Of a stretch of 5,972 bases of DNA, positions 1-5,972 are shown in pieces (the first letter of the stretch is position 1; every line of letters begins with the position of its first letter). Position numbers and translations under genes: made by a program. The notes below the pieces were generated by a model that worked only from the letters and a program-made list of their open reading frames with translations, searched no databases and had not been told where the DNA came from. The DNA is from Octopus sinensis (taxonomy: Eukaryota): contig NW_021829513.1 in assembly GCF_006345805.1 (NCBI RefSeq), positions 1 through 5,972 of the forward strand, read 5' to 3'.

Positions 1-152
1 AAGTTGTGGTGAAAGAGTACAGCAGGGATCACCCCATCCCCTGCCGGAGCCTCGTGGAGCTTAGGTGTTTCGCTCAATAAACACTCACAACGCCCGGTCT
101 GGGAATCGAAACCGCGAGTCCGCTGCCCTAACCACTGGCCTTACGCCTCCAC
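1..152 (-). mobile_element. tRNA-derived SINE, 5' part (family A); continues beyond the window edge
   Basis: Minus strand reads GTGGAGGCGTAAGGCCAGTGGTTAGG (A-box-like, 132-143), then GGTTTCGATTCC (B-box-like, 102-113), then TTGTGAGTGTTTATTGAGCGAAACACC, which resembles CORE/V-type SINE central motifs. Family name not verified. Confidence 0.8.
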
Positions 153-156
153 AACT

Positions 157-250
157 TCAATAGTAACGACCACAACAACAACAACAATTAAACAATAAGA
201 GCGATAACTAAAGTAAAAACAAGTACAACTTTAGCAACAGCATCAACAAG
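157..250. repeat. Degenerate (AAC)n-rich low-complexity tract
   Basis: cacaacaacaacaacaa followed by A/C-rich degenerate units. Confidence 0.6.
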
Positions 251-527
251 GTACTTAATTGTAACTTAATCACTGAGAAGACACAGTCGGGTGTAGAAAC
301 GGGTGGAAGAGTGGAAGGGGGGGGAATGGTTAAGAGACTAGAGTGATGACCAGGTGCATGGTGGGATAGATTAAATAAGTGTTGTAGGGGAACCTAAAGT
401 GGATAGATATGAGGTGATGATGTCGGGGTGAGAAAGAAAAAAAAGATCTTTGAAATTTTCGGTGAATGGGATGTGAGGGTGGTGCTGGTGGGGTGTATGA
501 GAAGTAGAATGTGAATTAAGACAAAGG

Positions 528-751
528 TAGTCTTTGAATTAGCTTTCACCTCTCTGGTTTTGATAAGCCTAATTTCTTAAGATTTGTATTTAAACAGTGC
601 GTTACATATCTCAGGGCCCCAATAATTACAGGTATATACCTGAACTTATAATCTGGATAGAGTAACGGCAGGTTTCTCAGTAGTTCAGCGTTAGTATTCT
701 CTCTTTTACTATCTTCAGCTTTATGTTGACATCTGCTGGGCAGCTAATCTG
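528..751 (-). mobile_element. R4/Dong-like non-LTR retrotransposon remnant, C-terminal part of the restriction-like endonuclease
   Basis: Manual minus-strand translation with a frameshift: ISCPADVNIKLKI (710-748), then AELLRNLPLLYPDYKFRYIPVIIGALRYVTHCLNTNLKKLGLSKPER*KLIQRL (IPVIIGAL at 612-635). This matches the (D/E)xxxPxD...K...Y and IPxIIGALG pattern of RLE-type LINEs. Confidence 0.85.
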
Positions 752-980
752 TTTCTTTATTAGCCACAAGGGGCTAAACACAGAGGGGACAAACAAGGAC
801 AGACAAACGGATTAAGTCGATTACATCGACCCAGTGCCTAACTGATACTTATCTAATCGACCCCGAAAGGATGAAAGGCAAAGTCGACCTCGGCGGAATT
901 TGAACTCAGAACGTAACGGCAGACGAAATGTGGCTACGCATTTCGCCCGGCGTGCTAACTATTCTGCCAGCTCGCCGCCT
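752..980 (-). mobile_element. tRNA-derived SINE, apparently full length (family B), nested in the LINE
   Basis: Head AGGCGGCGAGCTGGCAGAATAGTTAG (A box), B box GAGTTCAAATTCC (895-907), central GCCTTTCATCCTTTCGGGGTCGAT motif, A-rich end TAATAAAGAAA. Confidence 0.87.
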
Positions 981-1049
981 TTTTTTTCTCAGATTTTGTT
1001 GACTAAGTAATCACTCAAAATCAAGAGACTGAGAATAATTCATCATAGA

Positions 1050-1945
1050 TCTCTAACCCAAATCATTATATTAGGTCTGCTGTGCTTACATTTTATTGAG
1101 GTTTTTCACTGGGACATTCCACCAGTACTCCTTTTTATTATAAGTGGCTAGTGGGTTCTTATTTCTTTGTCTTGGGGTTATCCTTCCGACGGATTTCATT
1201 ATAAAGTGTTCTAACTACATTATGTTTCATCGGTAGATGATACTGTGCTAACATTCTTGGACAACTGCTTATGATGTGGATGATATCTTCGGTGTTAACT
1301 CCACGAAGTGCATCGGTTGTGAAATTTTACTGCTTTTCTTTAATATCTATCCCTTTATGCATTATGTATTTGGTTGATATTTCTTGTTCCTGGATTGCAA
1401 ACGCATACCATTCAAAGTGGGGGGTAGAAATCCGACTTTTGGTTCATGATAGACCGCTTTGATAATCAATATTACTATCATCTCGGAACTTTCTACTGAC
1501 ATATCCATGCTAGTCTTCTGTTCAAATAGGCTCATCCTTTCATCTGATGATATGTTGCGGTAGAGTCGTGCGACTTCTTTGGGCATGCATTCTAGGTTAT
1601 CAGACAAGGAATGTTGCTCAAGGAGCTGCCTTCCAAATCTTATGATATTATCAGCCTCATGTATTACAAACTTGCTCAAGGGATTCACTTTGACACTTGG
1701 TGGTTAAAAGATGCTACCGAAGGGATATGATACGATATTCAAAGGCATTTTGAGTCGATGTTAAGCCTAGGTCACCTTGTTTTTGTTTTAGGTAGAGACG
1801 GTCTACGTCACTGTCTATGCGGAAATTATGCTTGTTAGTATTTTTCTGGTTTTCACATCAATAGCTCGGATCTCGTCAAGCATCCAATTAAGCAGCCCAA
1901 ATGTTGGTATGAGTACAGGCACTCGAAACAATGCCAGTACTAATA
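1050..1945 (-). mobile_element. R4/Dong-like non-LTR retrotransposon remnant: RT thumb, linker, zinc knuckle, start of endonuclease; 5'-truncated and pseudogenised
   Basis: Minus-strand peptides across several frameshifts and stops: PVLIPTFGLLNWMLDEIRAIDVKTRKILT; SDVDRLYL (1789-1812) KQKQGDLGL; HFEWYAFAIQEQEISTKY (1366-1419); EDIIHIISSCP (1258-1290); LPMKHNVVRTLY (1201-1236); EYWWNVP (1110-1130); CKHSRPNIMIW (1058-1090). Motif order matches R4/Dong ORFs. ORF 1362..1688 is one segment of this element. Confidence 0.9.
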
Positions 1946-1977
1946 CATGTATATGTATGTATGTATGTATGTATGTA
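1945..1977. repeat. (ATGT)n microsatellite
   Basis: acatgtatatgtatgtatgtatgtatgtatgta. Confidence 0.9.
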
Positions 1978-2207
1978 TTACTCTTACTCTTACTCTTTTT
2001 CTTGTTTCAGTCATTTGACTGCGGCCATGCTGGAGCACCGCCTTTAGTCGAGTAAATCGACCCCAGGATTTATTCTTTGTAAGCCTAGAACTTATTCTAT
2101 CGGTCTCTTTTGCCGAACCGCTAAGTTACAGGGACGTAAATAAACCAGCATCGGTTGTCAAGCGATGTTGGGGGACAAACACAGACACACAAACATATAC
2201 CACACAT

Positions 2208-2244
<37 letters not shown>

Positions 2245-2417
2245 ATATATATAACGACGGGCTTCTTTCAGTTTCCGTCTACCAATCCACTCCACAGGCT
2301 TTGGTCGGCCCGAGGCTATAGTAGAAGACACTTGCCCAAGGTGCCACGCAGTGGGGACGAACCCAGAACCGTGTGGCTGGTAAGCAAGCCACTTACCACA
2401 CAGCCACTCCTACGCCT
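1978..2417 (-). mobile_element. tRNA/CORE-like SINE, apparently full length (family C), with internal (AC)n/(AT)n microsatellite
   Basis: Head AGGCGTAGGAGTGGCTGTGTGG (A box 2396-2407), B-box-like GGTTCGTCCCC (2353-2363), CORE-like CACCTTGGGCAAGTGTCTT (2325-2343), internal microsatellite about 2190-2253, tail (GAGTAA)x3 at 1978-1995. A second copy lies at 4014-4286. Confidence 0.9.
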
Positions 2418-2425
2418 ATGTATGT

Positions 2426-2840
2426 TCTAAATAGTTGATACGGAAGACAGAATGTGCTGGAAACTTTATTTATCACAACGACCGTTTCGGCATAATTCTA
2501 CTCTGCGCCCTAGTTGGTGGCGAACGATATAATGAATTTCAGTGAGCTCCACAGTGCAGAAATGCCTCATCAGGTGACATAACAGGATTCCAAGTTACAT
2601 AATTGACATTTCACTCATAGGCGCATGTGATCTGGTAGGCCCGGCGGTGATGGTGGTTGATCATCTCCCGCTCGCGATATAAACACGAGAGTTCATATGC
2701 ATCACAAGCCCATATGAAAGGTTCTTTCGTGATGACTATTACAGTATTCAGTGTTCTAACTAAACACTCACTCTTAAGTGGGGATAAATATTACCTTTCG
2801 GTTGAAATACCGCTTCTGTCGCTATTAATTAGTTTTAAAA
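2426..2840 (-). mobile_element. Probable Penelope-like element terminal repeat (pLTR) remnant or retrozyme unit carrying the hammerhead; boundaries approximate
   Basis: Non-microsatellite island with a type I hammerhead followed directly by AATAAA (2465-2470), the layout known for PLE pLTRs. No convincing RT or GIY-YIG coding sequence seen. Confidence 0.45.
2471..2579 (-). ncRNA. Type I hammerhead ribozyme (predicted)
   Basis: Minus strand: stem I 5' UGUCAC (2574-2579), CUGAUGA (2567-2573), stem II GGCAU (2562-2566) ... AUGCC (2489-2493), GAAA (2485-2488), stem III within ACGGUCGU (2478-2485), H17 = U (2477), stem I 3' GUGAUA (2471-2476). All core nucleotides are present and stems I and II pair in the correct register. 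Confidence 0.82.
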
Positions 2841-2899
2841 TATTTTAACATTTTTTTTTTTACAATTCCTAATATATCTAATTACAAAAATATAATAGG

Positions 2900-2989
2900 A
2901 TATTTTAAACATGAAATGGCAATGGTGGTCCAGTAGAGTAAAATAGAAATCAAAGGGAGCCACAGGCAAAATATGGTTGAAAAACACTG
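2900..2989 (-). mobile_element. Possible single end of a hAT-like non-autonomous DNA transposon
   Basis: Minus strand begins CAGTGTTTTTCAACC (2975-2989), resembling hAT/Charlie-type CAG-start TIRs. No matching second TIR or 8-bp TSD found. Confidence 0.3.
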
Positions 2990-3016
2990 GTGCAGAAAAA
3001 CGGACGGCTAGCTTGC

Positions 3017-3035
3017 TAGATGGACAGATAGTTAG

Positions 3036-3132
<97 letters not shown>

Positions 3133-3445
3133 CTGATTGATAGATAGACAGACACACAGACAGACAGATAGATAGATAAGTAGATAGATAGGTAGATAGA
3201 TAGATAGGTAGATAGATAGATAGATAGATAGATAGAGATAGACTGATTGATAGATAGACCGACACACAGACAGACAGATATAGATAGATACGTAGATGAA
3301 TAGGTAGATAGATAGATAGGTAGATAGATAGATAGATAGATAGATATATAGATAGATAGATAGATAGATAGATGATGATAGATAGAAACACAGATAGATA
3401 GGTAGGTAAGCAGATAGATAAGTAGATAGATAGAGAGATATAGAT

Positions 3446-3514
<69 letters not shown>

Positions 3515-3546
3515 AAGAGATTGAGAGAGAGAGGGAGAGAGAGAGA
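3017..3546. repeat. Large (GATA)n array with GACA variants, ending in (GA)n
   Basis: Directly visible; source of the YLSI-repeat ORFs. Confidence 0.97.
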
Positions 3547-3771
3547 TGAAGTCAGCGACAGAAAGAGAGAAAAGAAACTGTGAGGGTGCATGGATGGGTA
3601 GATAGAGGGAAGGATGGATGAAGGAATGGAGAGGTATATCAGCTGGGTGTTAGATGGGTATGTCAGAGTAACAGGGTTACTGAGTACGGAATATGTACTT
3701 GAAGGTGTTACTCCCCTTACCGCTGTTGTTGTTATTAGTAGCGTTGTTGTTCTTGGCACCGGCCTTGTTTC

Positions 3772-3830
3772 TGTTGTTGTTGTTTAACCCTAAGCCAGCC
3801 CCTAACAGACCTACGATCAAACGCATTCCA
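3772..3830 (-). mobile_element. Retroposon (SINE/LINE) 3'-tail fragment ending in (CAA)n
   Basis: Minus strand TGGAATGCGTTTGATCGTAGGTCTGTTAGGGGCTGGCTTAGGGTTAAACAACAACAAC. The 12-mer gttgtttaaccc recurs at 5130-5141. Confidence 0.5.
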
Positions 3831-4013
3831 TTACATCTTATTTTTAGACATAGTGTACCCATGTACCCAAGACTACCTTATCCAATTTGTCCGTCTTTTC
3901 TCTTTCTTTTTTTAAGATCACAGAGTGTATTTTATGAGAGAGTTTTCGTTGCTATTTCTAGCAGGTTGTACGACACGCACGTTGACTTATTTGCTTACTA
4001 TCATTCTTTTACG

Positions 4014-4286
4014 TGTTTCATTTATTTGACTGCGGCCATGATGGAGCACCGCCTTAAAGGGTTTTAGTCAAGGAAATGCCCCCCCCCCCGGACTTATTCT
4101 TTGTCAGCCTAGTACTGATTGTATCGGTCTCTTTTGCCGAACCGCTAAGTTACGGGGACGTAAACACACCAGCATTGGTTGTCAAGCGATGGGTGGGGGC
4201 AGACACAGACAGAAAAATACACACACACACATACATGACGGGCTTCTTTCAGTTTCACTTGCCCAAGGTGTCACGCAGTTGGACTG
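4014..4286 (-). mobile_element. Second, degraded family C SINE (head lost, internal deletion)
   Basis: Collinear with 2003-2360 (tttgactgcggccatg, atcggtctcttttgccgaaccgctaagttac, gacgggcttctttcagtttc, acttgcccaaggtg). It lacks about 54 bp relative to the first copy and stops within the B box. Confidence 0.92.
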
Positions 4287-4383
4287 GTGTGTGTGTGGTG
4301 TATGTATGTACATATGTGTATGTATGTATGTATGTATGTATGTATGTATGTATGTATGTGTGTGTGTGTGTTTATACATATAT
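4287..4383. repeat. (GT)n/(TATG)n compound microsatellite
   Basis: Directly visible. Confidence 0.92.
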
Positions 4384-4451
4384 ACGACGGGCTTCATAGA
4401 TAGATAGACATAAATATATACTTATCCTGAAAGGTGTTCAAGCTTTATCCA

Positions 4452-4600
4452 TCCTGCATCCCTCTCGTCACACATTTTGCATTTGTCGCTCTCGGTAGTG
4501 CTGTCGATTCTGCTCTACACACAGTTTGTCCTTAACGCTTGTTCTTGTGCTGCGCGCATAAATGCTTCTATCTCTATCTTCAGGTCATTCCCCCTGCTCT
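4452..4600 (-). mobile_element. Second R4/Dong-like LINE fragment (linker plus start of zinc knuckle)
   Basis: Minus-strand frame reads DLKIEIEAFMRAAQEQALRTNCV*SRIDSTTESDKCKMCDER (CKMC at 4470-4481, stop at 4515-4517). This matches the LKxETExxxxAAQEQALRT...CRxC pattern of RLE-type LINEs. Confidence 0.85.
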
Positions 4601-4603
4601 TCC

Positions 4604-4613
4604 TATTATTATC

Positions 4614-4703
<90 letters not shown>

Positions 4704-4706
4704 GTG

Positions 4707-4750
<44 letters not shown>

Positions 4751-4938
4751 TTATTATTATTATTATTATCATCGTTGTTATTATAATTTTTGTTATCATT
4801 GTTGTTGTCATTATTGTTATTATTATTGTTTTTATCATTATTGTTATTATTATTGTTGTTATTGTTATTATTCTTATTGTTGCTGTGGGTAATGGTGGTG
4901 GTGGTGGTGATGATGATAGTGTGTGTGTGTGTGTGTGT
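4604..4938. repeat. (TTA)n/(TTG)n trinucleotide array grading into (GGT)/(GAT) and (GT)n
   Basis: Directly visible; source of the poly-L/Y/I ORFs. Confidence 0.97.
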
Positions 4939-4974
4939 ATGAATAGAACAGTGTTAGTCGTGTAGAACTTGTCA

Positions 4975-5050
4975 TTGCTGTTGCTATTCAGCTCTCGGTC
5001 ATAGGTTCCTCTGGGACCTATCCTAAAAGCTGTCCAAGCCTTGATCATCC
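4975..5050 (-). mobile_element. Diverged retroposon 3'-tail fragment, possibly the same family as 3772-3830
   Basis: gacctatcctaaaagctgtcca aligns loosely to gacctacgatcaaacgcattcca (3808-3830), and is preceded by ttgctgttgct. Confidence 0.35.
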
Positions 5051-5124
5051 TGCATTCTATGCAAAATGCAATAGCGTGTCATGGACTACATTTGTATGTT
5101 GTAATTTTGTTGCTATTGTTATAG

Positions 5125-5150
5125 TAGTAGTTGTTTAACCCCTGGTCAGA
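5125..5150 (-). mobile_element. Very short retroposon 3'-tail fragment
   Basis: gttgtttaaccc (5130-5141) is identical to 3779-3790, followed by ctggtcag. Confidence 0.35.
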
Positions 5151-5466
5151 TTTGATTAGCCAGTTGTTTCGATCCTATCTCTTTATGCATAACTATTACA
5201 CTGGGTTCGTTTTAAGCAACACAGATTTGTGCAAATAGTGCCCCGTGCCAAGAGAATGCCTGCGCCAAGAGAGGACCCCTCGGACAAACTCGAGCGGGGG
5301 ACCCTATGATTAATTTTTAATATATCATTGTGGCTAAATATATGAGAGACACTAGCTTTTAAAATTTACAAAATTTGGATAAAATACCTTGCAGCATTTG
5401 TTTAGATTCTTTGCGTTCTGTTATTGACCGATGTCTAAGACTTTTTTGGACTATATCAACGGTGCG

Positions 5467-5687
5467 GAGAGAAAGAGAGAGAAAGAGAGAGAGAGAGTGG
5501 GTGAAAGAGGGAAGGAGAGAGAGAGAGAGGAGAGATATTGAAAGAAAGAGAGAGAGAGAGAGAGAGGTGAATGCATAAATGAGCAGATGGATAGATGAAT
5601 GGTTAGACAGGCAGACACAGACAGACAGAAGACAGACAGACAGAGATAGATAGATAGACAGATAGACAGATAGATAGATATATAGAT

Positions 5688-5722
<35 letters not shown>

Positions 5723-5754
5723 AAATGGATGGATATAGATACAGACAGACAGAC

Positions 5755-5805
<51 letters not shown>
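5467..5805. repeat. Compound (GA)n/(GACA)n/(GATA)n microsatellite
   Basis: Directly visible. Confidence 0.95.
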
Positions 5806-5825
5806 GGTGGGAGAAGGATAGCAGA

Positions 5826-5972
5826 CGTGGTGTTGATGTTGTTGTTGGTGGTGGTGGTGGTCCCAGAGGTGGTAGACGTGCTGGATTGGAACTAGTGGCG
5901 ATCGAGATAGTGGTAGGGTGGAGGCGGTGGTTGTGGTGCGATGGTGGTTGTGTTGCAGTTGTTGTTGTGTTG
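5826..5972. repeat. Degenerate (GGT)n/(GTT)n tract
   Basis: Directly visible; runs to the window end. Confidence 0.8.

Noticed and set aside
1-157. 9-bp inverted repeat aagttgtgg / ccacaactt
   Set aside because: One arm is at the arbitrary window edge inside a SINE; most likely coincidence.
895-980. SINE heads as genuine tRNA genes (also 102-152 and 2353-2417)
   Set aside because: A and B boxes are present, but there is no complete cloverleaf and each continues into SINE body sequence.
1544-1550. CTGATGA on the plus strand as a second hammerhead core
   Set aside because: No paired stem II or GAAA core follows; it is antisense LINE coding sequence.
1362-1688. 108-aa minus ORF as a host gene
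   Set aside because: It is a segment of the frameshifted LINE ORF, and its C-terminal part is out of the ancestral frame.
1828-2430. ORFs 1828..2055 and 2155..2430, and similar ORFs at 4076-4407 and 5375-5578
   Set aside because: Antisense or chance frames through LINE, SINE and microsatellite sequence.
2480-2488. Alternative hammerhead register cleaving after GUC (GAAAC-G-GUC)
   Set aside because: Stem I would break after 2 bp; the GUU register gives a 6-bp stem I.
2780-2840. KLINSDRSGIS as the end of a GIY-YIG endonuclease
   Set aside because: Only faint resemblance to the NxDxG motif; too short to support.
2749-2989. cagtgttctaac (2749-2760) as partner TIR of 2975-2989
   Set aside because: Only 7 contiguous matches and no 8-bp target-site duplication.
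3667-3681. Hairpin AGTAAC-AGG-GTTACT
   Set aside because: A 6-bp stem with no supporting context is expected by chance.
2835-3759. Long ORFs 2835..3155, 3016..3759 and 3032..3391 (minus)
   Set aside because: YLSI repeats are translations of the stop-free (TATC)n strand; no coding complexity.
4477-5048. ORFs 4477..4965, 4539..4892 and 4746..5048
   Set aside because: Poly-L/Y/I/T translations of the TTA/TTG array.

Overview
Repeat-dense, non-genic eukaryotic DNA with no intact protein-coding gene. The SINE families and microsatellite load resemble an octopus (coleoid cephalopod) genome; this is recognition from memory, not a search. Contents: four tRNA-derived SINE copies from three families, and two decayed R4/Dong-like non-LTR retrotransposon fragments (RT thumb, zinc knuckle, restriction-like endonuclease) visible only by reading across frameshifts. 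There are also short retroposon-tail fragments and large GATA/GA, TAA/TTG, ATGT and GT microsatellites. The most notable signal is a type I hammerhead ribozyme fold on the minus strand (2471-2579). It has an intact catalytic core, an unusually long stem II, a self-complementary stem III suggesting dimer-dependent cleavage, and an AATAAA immediately downstream, as in Penelope-like element terminal repeats or retrozymes. All ten orientable elements lie on the minus strand. Most long ORFs in the track are microsatellite artefacts.
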